From Chiloscyllium plagiosum (Eukaryota): a stretch of 64,000 nt of DNA. Made by a program: the position numbers and the translations under genes. The notes beneath the pieces were generated by a model, which worked only from the letters and a program-made list of their open reading frames with translations, ran no database searches and was not told the DNA's origin. Shown one piece after another: positions 13,290 to 25,160 of the stretch. The stretch spans positions 17,904,165-17,968,164 of the forward strand of contig NC_057719.1 of the NCBI RefSeq assembly GCF_004010195.1, written 5' to 3'. How positions within the stretch are numbered: position 1 is the first letter of the stretch; every line of letters begins with the position of its first letter.

Positions 13290-13555
13290 ACCACCCCTCG
13301 CGTTCCCTTTGTTCTTGCAGTCCTTTCGGAGGTGAACTCTTTCTTGTACACTGTCTCTCCCCATTTTTCTTAACAAAATATATCACATTACTCTTCACTG
13401 CCATCAATTTTATCTGCCACTCATCCATGAACCTGTCTACACCCTTCTGAAGATTAACAATATCCTCTTCACAGTTCACAAGCCTTTCAAGTTTGGTGTT
13501 ACCTGCAAATTTTGAAATTACATCCAATGCTCCCAAAGTTGAGGTCATTTATACA
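13290..13555 (-). mobile_element. CR1 RT fragment
   Basis: ORF 13279-13548(-) ISKFAGNTKL...NLQKGVDRFMDEWQIK is a degenerate FADD region. Confidence 0.75.
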
Positions 13556-15441
13556 AGTCAAGATGCATTTCTTTCTCCTTTTTTGAATGAATAGCCTTCG
13601 TGGTGGTGGGGTATGGGGGCTGATGGGAGGAGATAGCAAGAATTGGGGTTAGGGTTGATGGTGTTAACAATGACTGTATAGAATAGGTTTGACAGACCAG
13701 TTGAGTTCAAATGTGTCATGTTTGTACATTCCTGTGAATTCCTGAAGGTTTCCTTTGTAGTTTTGCAAGCCAGACTTATCATTACAGATGGATCCTGACT
13801 GGCTGAGAACTTTGTTTAAACAGCAAGAGATCATAACTTGGAATCTGGCATCCAGATTACTTAACTTATAATTTTACTTTTTTTTCTCTCTCTGTAGCTG
13901 TTTGCATTGAAAACCTTGAAGTTGTGAAACTACAGCCAGAAATTGGTAGGAAAGTGAAATGGGTCACTGGTTGACGAAATGGGTTCAGGTTTTATGCTCT
14001 TGAGTCTCCTATTGTCATCACTTGTGCATTTAGTCTCTTTTTTTTTATTGGGGCACAACAAAGGTTTGAGGCTTTCACCACAGCCATTTGAACAGCTGGG
14101 TCCTGCAACGTTTCTTACCCAATTATTGTCCACATCTCCAGAAGATGCTGTGGGTGCGACTCTGGGCTGAACCTGCAACTTCAGCTCAAAAGTAAAAGGC
14201 TTCATTCCCCCTAAAAATGGCTTCCCTTACTAAACTCCTTTATTATGTTTTGCGACAGTTGTTAAAATATTTCATTTAAATTAGAAACTTCAGTGCTTAA
14301 CTGTTTAAAGTATCAGGTTGACTTGATGCGATGGTTCCTTGATTCTGTATTCAGCCAAATGTGGCCTCACTGTTAAGGGCTGTCACTCTCACCTGACCTC
14401 TACAGTTCAGAACCAAAGCTGTAATGACATCCAGCTTTCTGCCAATGGAAATAACGCCTCTTTATTCTAATAATCTAATCCACCATAATTTTGAGCACCT
14501 TTTATGAGATTTACTCCTAACCCTCCACTATCTGAGGAGAGCAATGCCAGTTGCTCTCTGCTCTCCTTGTCATGGGCAAGATGGAATCTATGGGGCAGAC
14601 TGATCCTTCCCCATTGGTCACTGACCCAGATCGAAAACAAAGTAGTGTTGGCAAATCTACCCATCTACAAGAAAAACATACAGATCTAAAGAGGGGAAGA
14701 TGAACAAATGGAAGTATGTGCTCTGAATTCTGGTGGCAGTATAACCTAGCTGAGTGGAAGAACATTATGAAAATAGTTTTGTTAACCTTATCCCACTCAG
14801 CATTCAATTGTGGACGTTCTACCTTTCTCAAGAATGGCTTCATGCAGCTTTCGACATTTTGTTCTCCTTTTCATAGAACAATTACACAAGAACTTAAACA
14901 CCGTGATTAATCGCTTCTGTATTCAAGCTGTGTTTCTGGTATTATCAGAGGAGTCATATCAGGAACACATTTGATTACAGTTGAGAGGTTGAAATATATA
15001 AACTGGACATTTGTTCCCCATCATTTTGTTGAAATGCCAGCCTCTATTCCCACACTCAAACACACTACAAAATATACTTTTGACTCACCAGTATAATTTT
15101 ATGAGAAGGCAGTTGATTAATCTCTCACTAAACATTGCTATCAAAAAATTGTAGCAGTTATGGCTGGGATCAGGACCTATTCTCTGTTGGCTTATCATGA
15201 TTTTTGGCTTGTCTGCTAGAAAAAAAGGTAAGGAACTGCCCACGAAAAGCATCACAAATGAAACATTAATGAATCTTGGGGAGGTGATGGCCTAGTGGTA
15301 TTATCGCTCAGCTATTAATAGACTTATAGTCATAGAGATGTACAGCACGGAAACAGACGCTTTGGTCCAACTCGTCTATGCCAACCAGATATCCTAACCT
15401 AATCTAATCCCATTTGCCAGCACCTTGCCCATATCCCTCTA

Positions 15442-15676
15442 AGGTAAAAACAATGACTGCAGATGCTGGAAACCAGATTCTGGAACAATGGTGCTGGAAG
15501 AGCACAGCAGTTCAGGCAGCATTGAGGAGCTTCAGCAAAATCGACGTTTCGGGCAAAAGCCCTTCATCAGGAATAAAGGCAGAGAGCCTGAAGCGTGGAG
15601 AGATAAGCTAGGGGAGGGTGGGGGTGGGGAGAGAGTACCATAGAGTACAATGGGTGAGTGGGGGAGGAGATGAAGG
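15442..15676 (-). mobile_element. PLE pLTR inserted in the CR1 3' UTR
   Basis: Antisense of 20585-20815. Flanked by duplicated tccctcta. Confidence 0.85.
15543..15570 (-). ncRNA. Minimal hammerhead ribozyme core (PLE-type)
   Basis: The minus strand reads CUGAUGA-A-GGGC-UUUU-GCCC-GAAAC-GUC: conserved core, a 4-bp helix II and a GUC cleavage triplet. Confidence 0.7.
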
Positions 15677-17885
15677 TCCCTCTAAACCCTTCCTATTCAT
15701 ATACTCATCCAGATGCCTTTTAAATGCTGTAATTGTACCAGCGTCCACTATTTCCTCTGGCAGCTCATTCCAAATATGTACCACCCTCTATGTGAAAAGG
15801 TTGCCCCTTAGGTTCCTTTGATACCTTGCCCCTCTCACCCAAAGCTTATGCCTTAGCTCTGCATCTCACCCTGGCAACATCCTTGTAAATCTTTTCTGAA
15901 CCCTTTCAAGTTTCACAACAGCCTTCCGATAGGAAGGAGACCAGAATTGCCGCAATATTCCAACAGTGGCCTAACCAATGTCCTGTACAGCCACAACATG
16001 ACCTCCCAAGCCCTATACTCAATGCTCTGACTAATAAAGGAAAGTATACCAAACGCCTCCTTCACTATCCTATCTACCTGCAACTCCACTTTCAAGGAAT
16101 TGTGAACCTGCACTTCAAGGTCTCTTTGCTCAGCAACACTCCCGAAGACCTTACCATTAAATGTATAAGTCCTGCTCTGATTTGTTTTCGCAAAATACAG
16201 CACATCCCATTTATTTGAATTAAACTCCATCTGCCACTCCTCAGCCCATTGGCTCAATTGATCAAGATCCTGTTGTAATCTGAGGTAAACATGTTCACTG
16301 ACAACTACATCTCCAATTTTGGTGTCATCTGCAAATTTATTAACTATACCTCCTATGTTCACATCCAAATCATTTATGTAAATGATGAAAAGTAGTGGAC
16401 CCAGCACCGATTCTTGTGGCACACGACTGGTCACAGGCCTCCAGTCTGAAAAGCACCACCACCTTTTGTCTTCTACCTTCGAGCTAATTCTGTATCCAAA
16501 TGGCTACTTCTCCCTGTATTCCATGAGATCTAACCTTGCTAACCAGTCTCCCATGGGGTACCTTGTTGAATGCCTTATTGTAAGTCCATATAGATCACAT
16601 CTACTGTGCTGCCCTCTTCAATCCTCTTTGTTACTTCTTCGAAAAACTCAATCAAGTTTGTGAGACATGATTTCCCCGCACAAAGCCATGCTAACTGTCC
16701 CTAATCAGTCCTTGCCTTTCCAAATACATGTAAATCCTGTCCCTCAGGATTCCTTCCAACAACATGCCCACCACTGATAGCAAACTCACTGGTCTATAGT
16801 TCCCTGGTTTTTCCTTACCACCTTTCTTAAAGAGTTGCACCGCATTATCCAATCTCCAGTCTTTTGGCACCTCACTTGTCACTATTGATGATACAAATAT
16901 CTCAGCAAGGGGCCCAGCAATCACTTCCCTAGCTTCCCACAAAGTTCTAGGGTACATTTGATGATGTCCGAGGGATTTCACCTCCTCTTCTATAATATGG
17001 ATATTTTTCAAGATGTCACCATCTACTTCTCCACATTCTATATCTTATCTAGGAGCTCAGGTAATGTTCCAGGCATCCAGGTTCAAATCCCACCCAGATA
17101 ATGGCATTTGAAATCAATTTTTATAAATTTGGAGTTAAGAATCCCACTGATGGCCATGAGTCAATTGTGGATAAAACCCATCTGGTTTACTAATGTCCTT
17201 CAGGGAAGGAAATCCGCCATCCTCACCTGGTCTAGATTTTTTGTGACTCCAGACCCTCAGCAATATGGTTGACTCTTAAGTGCTGTCTGAAACGGCCTAC
17301 ACTCAGTCGTATCAATCACTACAAAGTCGCAAAAAAGAAACAAAACTGGATGGATCACCTGGCATCGATCTGGACACTGGAATAGGCAATAGCAAAACAG
17401 CTCTGTCAACCCTGTAAAGTCCTCCTTACTAATATCTGGGGGCTAGTGCCAAAATTTGGAGAGCTGTCTCACGGACTAGTCAAGCAACAGCCTGACATAG
17501 TCATACTCACAGAATCATCCCAGGCACTACTATCACCATTCTGGATACGTCCTGTCCCACCGGCAGGATAGACCCGGCACAGTGGTATACAGTCAGGAGA
17601 GAGTTGCCCTTGGAGTCCTCAACACCATCTCTGGACCCCCTGAAGTCTCATGGCTTCAGTTTAAAAATGGACAGGAAAACCTCCTGCTTCTTACCATGTA
17701 CCATCTTCCTCCATGTTTTGGATAAAGCACTGAGGATAGCAAGGGTGCAAAATTTACTCTGAGTGGGGGATTTCAGTGTCCACCATCAAGAGTGGTTCAT
17801 CAATAGTACTACTAATCCAACTATTTGGGTCCTAAAGGACAGAGCTGCTAGGCTGGATCGGCTGTAGAATGAAAAACATACTTGA

Positions 17886-18010
17886 AGAAGGGCTTATGCC
17901 CGAAACGTCGATTCTCCTGCTCTTTTGATGCTGCCTGACCTGCTGGGCTTTTCCAGCAACACATTTTTCAGCTCTGATCTCCAGCATCTGCAGTCCTCAC
18001 TTTCTCCTAG
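17886..18010 (+). mobile_element. 5'-truncated PLE pLTR in the LINE-T endonuclease region
   Basis: agaagggcttatgcccgaaacgtcg...cactttctcct, flanked by ttga on both sides. The host LDLILTN motif is restored on removal. Confidence 0.85.
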
Positions 18011-18447
18011 TTGACCTCATCCTTACCAATCTGCTGCCTGCAGATGCAAATGTCCATGACAGTATCACTAAGTGTGGCCACCGCACAGTCCTTGTGGGGA
18101 TGAAGTCCCGTTTGCACATTGAGAATATCCACCATCATTTTGTGTGGTACTATCACTGTGCTAAATGGGACAAGATTTTGAACAGATCTAACAACTCAAG
18201 ACTGGACATCCATGAGATGCTGTGGGCCATCAACAGCAGAGAATTGTACTCCAGCAGAATCTGTCACCTCATGGACCGGTATATCCCCCATTCAATCATT
18301 AGCATCAAGCCAGGGAATAACTCTGGTTCAATGGAGAGTGCAGGAGGACATGGCAGGAGCACATCAGGCGTACCTGAAAATGAGGTGCCAACCTAGTGAA
18401 GCTACCAAACAGGACCATTGCATAAGCAGCAAGTGATAGACAGAGAT

Positions 18448-18768
18448 GGGCGGCACGGTGGCACAGCAGTTAGCACTGCTGCCTCACAGCGCCAGAGACC
18501 CCGGTTCAATTCCTAACATGGGCAACTGTCTGTGTGGAGTCTGCACATTCTTCCTGTGTCTGTGTGGGTTTCCTCCGGGTGCTCCGGTTTCCTCCCACAG
18601 TCCAAAGATGTGCAGGTCAGGTGAATTGGCCATGCTTAATTGCCCATAGTGTTAGGTGAAGGGGTAAATGTAGGGGAATGGGTCTGGGTGGGTTGCGCTT
18701 CAGAGGGTCGATGTGGACTTGTTGGGCCTAAGGGCCTGTTTCCATACTGTAAGTAATCTAATCTAATC
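18448..18768 (+). mobile_element. HE1 SINE (young, full length)
   Basis: gggcggcacggtggcacagcagttagcactgctgcc...ggttcaattcc (A/B boxes), V-type body, CR1-like tail gggcctgtttccatactgta and (aatct)n end. Confidence 0.95.
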
Positions 18769-18781
18769 TAAGCACTCCCAC

Positions 18782-18914
18782 AGGCAGAAGTGGGTACTGC
18801 AGATGCTGGAGATTACAGTCAAGATTAGAGTAGTCCTGGAAAAGCACAGCAGGTCAGGCAGCATCTGGGGAGCAGAAAGATTGATGTTCGGGCAAAAGCC
18901 CTTCATCAGGAATG
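18782..18914 (-). mobile_element. PLE pLTR
   Basis: aggcagaagtgggtactgcagatgctgg...cttcatcagg, flanked by aagcactcccaca and aagcaatctcaca. Confidence 0.8.
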
Positions 18915-20004
18915 AAAGCAATCTCACAACCAACCCATAAGATCTAAGTCTGCAATCCTGCCACATTTAGTCATGAATGGTGGTGGACAATTAAACAACT
19001 CATTGGAGGAAGATGCTCCACAAATATGCCCATCCTCAATGATGGAAGACCCTAACACATCCGTACAAAAGATAAGGCTGAAGCATTTGCAGCAATCTAC
19101 GGCCAGAAGTGCCGAGAGGATGATCCATCTCGGCTTCCTCTAGTGATATCCAGAATTATAGATACCAGTCTTCAGCCAATTCAATTCACTCCACATGATA
19201 TCGAGAAACATTTAGAGACACTGGAGACTGTAAAGGCTTATGGTCCCTGACAACATACCGACAATAGTACTGAAAACTTGTGCTCCAGAATTTTCTGCAC
19301 ATCTAGCCAAGCAATTTCTGTACAGCTAAAAAATTGGCGTCTACCTGACAATGTGGAAAATTGCATCCGTCTACTCTCAATCATCAATATCGTGATGCAA
19401 GGTGTCATCAATAGTGCTATCAAGCAGCATCTGCTCAGCAATGACCTGCTCAGTGACGCCCAGTTTGGGTTCAACCAGGGCCACTCAGTTCCTGACCTCA
19501 TTACAGACTTGGTTCAAACATGGATAAAAGATCTGAATTCCCGAAGTAAGGGGAGAGTGACAGTCCTTGATATAAATGCTGCATTTGACCAAGTGTGGCA
19601 TCAAGGAGCCCTAGCAAAACTGAAATCAATAGGTATCAGTGGCAAACTTCTGTGGTTGGAGTCATACCTGGCACATAGGAAGATGGTAATGGTTATTGGA
19701 AATCAGCCATCTCAGCTCCTGGACATCTCTGCAGAAGATCTTCAGGCTCGTGTCTGAGGCCCAATCATCTTCAGCTGCTTCATCAATGACCTTCCCTCCA
19801 TCATAAGGTCAGAAGTGGAGATGTTTGCTGATGATTGCGCAATGTTCAACATCATTTGTGACTCCTCAAATACTGAAGCAGAACATGTTCAAGTAAACAA
19901 GATTTGGGACATGTCCCACTGCAACAAGATTTGGGCAATATCCAGGCTTGGTCTGACAAATAGCAAGTAACATTTGTGTCACATAAATGCCAGGCAATGA
20001 CCAT

Positions 20005-20815
20005 ACTACCTGCTCAGGTCCACAACCCCTACAACCCACCCTCCCATCCTGGCACCTTCCCCTGCCACCGCAGGAACTGCAAAACCTGCACCCACACCTC
20101 CTCCCTCACCTTCATCCAAGGCCCTAAAGGAGCCTTCCACATCCATCAAAGTTTTACCTGCACATTCATTAATATCATTTATTGTATCCGTTGCTCCCGA
20201 TGCGGTCTCCTCTACACTGGGGAGATTGGACGCCTCCTAGCAGAGCGCTTTAGGGAACATCTCCGGAACACCCGCACCAATCAATCACACTGCCCTATGG
20301 CCCAACATTTCAACTCCCCCTCCCACTCTGCCAAGGACATGGAGGTCCTGGGCCTCCTTCACCGCCGCTCCCTCACACCAGACGCCTGGAGGAAGAACGC
20401 CTCATCTTCCGCCTCGGAACACTTCAACCCCAGGGCATCAATGTGGACTTCAACAGTTTCCTCGTTTTCCCTTCCCCACCTCACCCTAGTTCCAAACTTT
20501 CAGCTCAGCACTGTCCCCATGACTTGTCCTACCTGCCTATCTTCTTTTCCACCTATCCACTCCACCCTCCTCCCTGACCTATCACCTTCATCCCCTCCTC
20601 CACTGACCCATTGTACTCTATGCTACTTTCTCCCCACCTCCACCCTCCTCTAGCTTATCTCTCCACACTTCAGGCTCTCTGCCTTTATTCCTGATGAAGG
20701 GCTTTTGCCCGAAACATCGATTTTGCTGCTCCTTGGATGCTGCCTGAACTGCTGTGCTCTTCCAGCACCACTAATCCAAAATCTGGTTTCCAGCATCTGC
20801 AGTCATTGTTTTTAT
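20005..20815 (+). mobile_element. 5'-truncated Penelope-like element: GIY-YIG endonuclease remnant plus pLTR
   Basis: ORF 19976-20653 contains PGTFPCHRRNCKTC..NIIYCIRCSRCGLLYTGE..RFREHL (GIY-YIG with Cys/His linker), then a frameshift. pLTR with hammerhead at the 3' end. Flanked by ccat on both sides. Confidence 0.92.
20691..20718 (+). ncRNA. Minimal hammerhead ribozyme core (AUC triplet variant)
   Basis: ctgatgaagggcttttgcccgaaacatc. Confidence 0.6.
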
Positions 20816-21436
20816 CCATTTCCAATAACAGACAATCTAATGATAGCCCCTTACCATCACTGAATTCCCCACTATCAATATCCTTGGGGTTATGAGTGAC
20901 CAGAACTCAACTGGACTCATCACATAAACACAGTGGCTAGGAATACTGCAGCAAGTAACTCACCTCCAGAGTCCTCAAAGCCTGTCCATCATCTACAAGG
21001 AATGTGATGAAATCCTCCCCACTTGCCTGGATGGGTGCAGTTTCAACAACATTCAAGAAACTTAACATCATGCAGGAGAAAGCATGAATGGCACCAGTTT
21101 GTCCCCCACCGATGCTCCGTAGCAGCAGTGTGTACTATCTATAAATTGCACTGCAGAAATTCACCCTAGATCTTTAGGTAGCACCTTCTAAACCCACAAC
21201 CACTTCCATCTAGAAGTACAAGGGCAGCAGATACATGGGAACATCACCACTTGCAAGTTCCCCTCCAAGCCATTCATCATCCTGACTTGGAAATGTATTG
21301 CTGCTCCTTCAGTGTTGCTGGGTCAAAATCCTGGAATTCCCTCCCTAAGGGCATTGTGGGTCAAACTATAGCATGTGGACTGCAATGATTCAAGGCGGCA
21401 GCTCATCACCTTCTCAAGGGCAACTAAGTCGGGGGG

Positions 21437-21750
21437 GGGGGGTTGCGGTGCTGAGTATGCACCCTTGGGGGGTTCCGGTGTTGAGTGTTAGTGAGGATGA
21501 AATACTGTCCCCAATCTTCACTGATTGTGGCCGGTGGGTCAGGAAACTAAGGATCCAGTTGCAGAGAGTGGGGCTTAATCCGCGATCACTAAGTTTAGTA
21601 ATCAGTCTCGAGGGGATAATAGTGTTGAAGGCTGAACTCTAGTCAATGAGTAGGATTCTTACATAGCTGTTCTTGGTGTTAAGATGTTCCAGGGAGGAGT
21701 GAGGGGCAAGTGATATGGCATCTGATGTGGATCTGTTGGTCCGATGGACA
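21437..21750 (-). mobile_element. Rex1/Babar RT internal fragment
   Basis: The minus strand translates as [80 protein letters not shown]. Confidence 0.88.
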
Positions 21751-22641
21751 AATCTTTCTCCTTGCTCTTATACTGTTCAATATTTCAATTGCTTTGTGCT
21801 TGATTACATTTGTCCAGCAAATGATCTTCACTTTCTGTGCTTGATTGGTTAAGATAGGATGTTGATTCAGTGCAAACTAAACAGACAAGCCCAAGTTTAA
21901 GTCCCATCTGTCTAGATGTCTGTCATAACATGTCTGATTAGAAATATTGAGAAGCTACTAGAAGCTAAGATGGAAGATGGTTGTATGTCTCTTTGGGGTG
22001 GCCCACTGGATATCAAGCCTTGCTTTCCTGAAATCCTCACATAAGTTTTATAAAATATACAAAGTTTTCCAATTCACCTGAATTTTCAGATGCAGATTGA
22101 TATAAAGTTTCTGTCACTATTTATTAGAAGTAATCAGACTATAGCTACAGATAAACAGTTATAAATTGTTGACATATAATATGACTAACTAAAACTCAGT
22201 CCATATTTTTTAAAAAAACATCAAAAGGTTATATTCTTTCCCATGATATAGACATCTTAATATACTGCATAAAATTCTTAAATAAAGCTTCTGCACACTT
22301 TGAAACTAATGATAACTCTGCATTGCTCTAAAGAAAATTAAATGTATAAAATATTCAACCCTCATCTCATTACTTCTGAGTTACAAGTGAGGAAGTTGTC
22401 AACTGATAGAACACAAATGCAAATGCAAAGGATGTATTAATGCTATCTACAGGATGCAGCAACTCACCAACACTTCTTTAAGAGCACTCCGAACCTAATT
22501 TCTCCATCATCTTAAAGCACTTCCACAAGACCTCCATGTATAATCTCAATTTGGACATTTATCTGCATGGGTTCATTGTTATTGCATTGAAATCCAGGAA
22601 CAGTTGACATAGCATTATTTGTGTACCTTCATCCCACAAAG

Positions 22642-22946
22642 CGGGCAGCATGGTGGCTCAATGGTTAGCACTGCTGCCTCATAGCACCAGGGACCTGGGT
22701 TCAATTCCACTCTCAGGTGACTGCGTGTGGGGAGGTTGCACATTCTCCCCATGTCTGTGTGGGTTTCCTCCAAGTGCTCTGGTTTTCTCCCATGGTCCAA
22801 AGGTGTGCAGGTTAGGTGAATTGGCCATGCTAAATCACCCATAGCATTCAGGGATGTGTAGGTTAGGTGCATTAGTCAGGGGAAAATGTAGGGTAATGGG
22901 CGTGGGTAGGATACTCTTTAGAAGGGTACTGTGGATTTGTTGGGCC
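22642..22946 (+). mobile_element. HE1 SINE
   Basis: tggtggctcaatggttagcactgctgcc..gggttcaattcc head and HE1 body. Confidence 0.9.
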
Positions 22947-23184
22947 TTGAACTGAGTAATGCTCGGCTATTTCAGAGGGTAGTTAAGACCCACCACATTG
23001 CTAGGGGTCTGGAGCCACATGTAGGTCAGACCAGGTAAAGATGGTAGATTTATTTTCCTAAAAGACAGTGGTTAACAAGGTGAGTGTTTGCAATAATTGC
23101 TGATAATTTCATTGTCACTATTATTGAGAGTAGATTTCAATTTCAAATGTTTTCTAATTAATTAGTTCAGAGATTTACTACATA

Positions 23185-23403
23185 CAGTCAGTTCTTCTAT
23201 AACACGATAATTGCGTTCTTGTGGAACCCCGCACGATAGAAAAATTGCGCTTTAGAAACAACACTTAAAATGTTGGTGATGTAATTGCATTACAAGTAAC
23301 ACACGTTTTAAAAGTTGGCGCTTTAGAAACAGTGTTCCCAATTTGTTAATCGCGTTACAGTGAATTCGTGTCGATGAAGCACCCATTATAGCAGAACAAC
23401 CTG
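23185..23403. mobile_element. Tc1/mariner-pogo (Tigger/MER6-like) MITE
   Basis: Imperfect terminal inverted repeats cagtcagttcttctataac and attatagcagaacaacctg. TA TSD at 23183-23184 and 23404-23405. CpG-rich interior with no ORF. Confidence 0.85.
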
Positions 23404-23779
23404 TACCTCTGGAAATGATGGGACTTGAAACCAGACCTCCTGGCTCAGAGCTGGGGACACTAACTCTGCATCACAAGATCCCTTGAATTCAGATCTTCTA
23501 ATCAATCTGTTCAGCGGTGTTATTACTGTCTTTGTCCTGCTGAATGGTAGTAGCCAATGGTTTTGGAAGGTGCTGGCTAAAGAGTCTTGGTAAATTTTTA
23601 TATCTTGTAGATGGGACACAGTCAGCACACAGCACACAGCATAAGCCTTGTTAATTGACATCTTTACTAAATCAGTCACTGGGGATTATGAAACTAATGT
23701 ATTCTATCAATATGAGCCTGAGGTCAAATTCTTCCTTTCCCTTTTCTGGAGTTTAAACTTCATAACCTGAACTATATAA

Positions 23780-24130
23780 AATTCTTGACAGAGTAGATTG
23801 TGCAAGCATATTTCCCCTCAACAGGAGTTAAGAAGTTAGGAGTTACAGTCTGAGAATAAGACAATGGAGACTTAGAACTGAGATCGCTTCACTCAACATG
23901 TTGTGAACATTTGGAATTCTCTATCGCAGCTGCACGAGCATGCTCCATCATTGAATTTATTCACGGCTGAATTTAATTGTTCTTTAGCTACACAGAAAAT
24001 AAAGGGATATGTGACTAATGCAGCAAGGTGGAGTTGAAGGGGAAGATCAGCTCTGATGTTATTGATTAGGAGAGCAGCCACAATGGGTTGAATGGTCTGT
24101 TCCTCCTCCTATATTTTATGCTCTTTTATG
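23780..24130 (+). mobile_element. Old CR1 3' end
   Basis: Degenerate gttgtgaacatttggaattctctatc...gatcagc..aatggtctgttcctcctcct..ttatgttc tail. Confidence 0.65.
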
Positions 24131-24252
24131 TTCATTTTGAAAAAAAAAATGTGGGAATACCTGACAAGGATGCCATTCATTGCTCATGTCTAGATTAGAG
24201 TGGTGCTGGAAAAGCACAGCAGTTCAGGCAGCATCTGAGGAACAGGAAAATT

Positions 24253-24280
24253 GACGTTTCGGGCAAAAGCCCTTCATCAG
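24253..24280 (-). ncRNA. Minimal hammerhead ribozyme core
   Basis: The minus strand reads ctgatgaagggcttttgcccgaaacgtc. Confidence 0.7.
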
Positions 24281-24363
24281 GAATACAGGCAGAGAGCCTG
24301 AAGGGTAGAGAGATAAGTGAGAGGAGGGTGAGGGTGGGGAGAAAGTAGCATAGAGTACAATAG

Positions 24364-25160
24364 NNNNNNNNNNNNNNNNNNNNNNNNNNNNNNNNNNNNN
24401 NNNNNNNNNNNNNNNNNNNNNNNNNNNNNNNNNNNNNNNNNNNNNNNNNNNNNNNNNNNNNNNNNNNNNNNNNNNNNNNNNNNNNNNNNNNNNNNNNNNN
24501 NNNNNNNNNNNNNNNNNNNNNNNNNNNNNNNNNNNNNNNNNNNNNNNNNNNNNNNNNNNNNNNNNNNNNNNNNNNNNNNNNNNNNNNNNNNNNNNNNNNN
24601 NNNNNNNNNNNNNNNNNNNNNNNNNNNNNNNNNNNNNNNNNNNNNNNNNNNNNNNNNNNNNNNNNNNNNNNNNNNNNNNNNNNNNNNNNNNNNNNNNNNN
24701 NNNNNNNNNNNNNNNNNNNNNNNNNNNNNNNNNNNNNNNNNNNNNNNNNNNNNNNNNNNNNNNNNNNNNNNNNNNNNNNNNNNNNNNNNNNNNNNNNNNN
24801 NNNNNNNNNNNNNNNNNNNNNNNNNNNNNNNNNNNNNNNNNNNNNNNNNNNNNNNNNNNNNNNNNNNNNNNNNNNNNNNNNNNNNNNNNNNNNNNNNNNN
24901 NNNNNNNNNNNNNNNNNNNNNNNNNNNNNNNNNNNNNNNNNNNNNNNNNNNNNNNNNNNNNNNNNNNNNNNNNNNNNNNNNNNNNNNNNNNNNNNNNNNN
25001 NNNNNNNNNNNNNNNNNNNNNNNNNNNNNNNNNNNNNNNNNNNNNNNNNNNNNNNNNNNNNNNNNNNNNNNNNNNNNNNNNNNNNNNNNNNNNNNNNNNN
25101 NNNNNNNNNNNNNNNNNNNNNNNNNNNNNNNNNNNNNNNNNNNNNNNNNNNNNNNNNNNN
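24364..25160. other. Assembly gap (797 N)
   Basis: Run of n. Confidence 1.

Larger units (their letters stand above)
15320..17048 (-). mobile_element. 5'-truncated CR1 LINE nested in the LINE-T head
   Basis: ORFs 16691-17011(-) (PGNYRPVSLLS) and 15913-16434(-) (VPQESVLGPLLF..INDLD..KFADDTK). Tail at 15320-15440. Internal deletion at ~15855. Confidence 0.95.
15278..21430 (+). mobile_element. Near full-length single-ORF LINE ('LINE-T', CR1/L2-group, clade unresolved) with five nested insertions
   Basis: Head at 15278-15319 continues at 17049. APE endonuclease motifs LLTNIWGL, QPDIVILTES, VGDF, LDLILTN lie at ~17425-18090. RT ORF 19278-19757 (QFGFNQGHS..AFDQVWHQG) is followed by FINDL..FADD (~19780-19840). 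The tail ends near ttctcaagggcaact. About 3.0 kb remains after removing the inserts. Confidence 0.85.

Noticed and set aside
13645..13656. Telomere-like ggggttagggtt
   Set aside because: Fewer than two full repeats, as expected by chance.
18448..18520. tRNA genes at A/B-box sequences
   Set aside because: All continue into SINE or LINE bodies, and I could not build a full cloverleaf with an acceptor stem.
18446..18649. Recurrent ORFs of the type MVAQWLALLPHS.. and MLPDLLCFSSTT..
   Set aside because: They are reading frames through HE1 SINEs and PLE pLTRs, repeated wherever those elements occur.
21794..21806. miR-218-like ttgtgcttgat
   Set aside because: Only 11 nt match, with no precursor hairpin.
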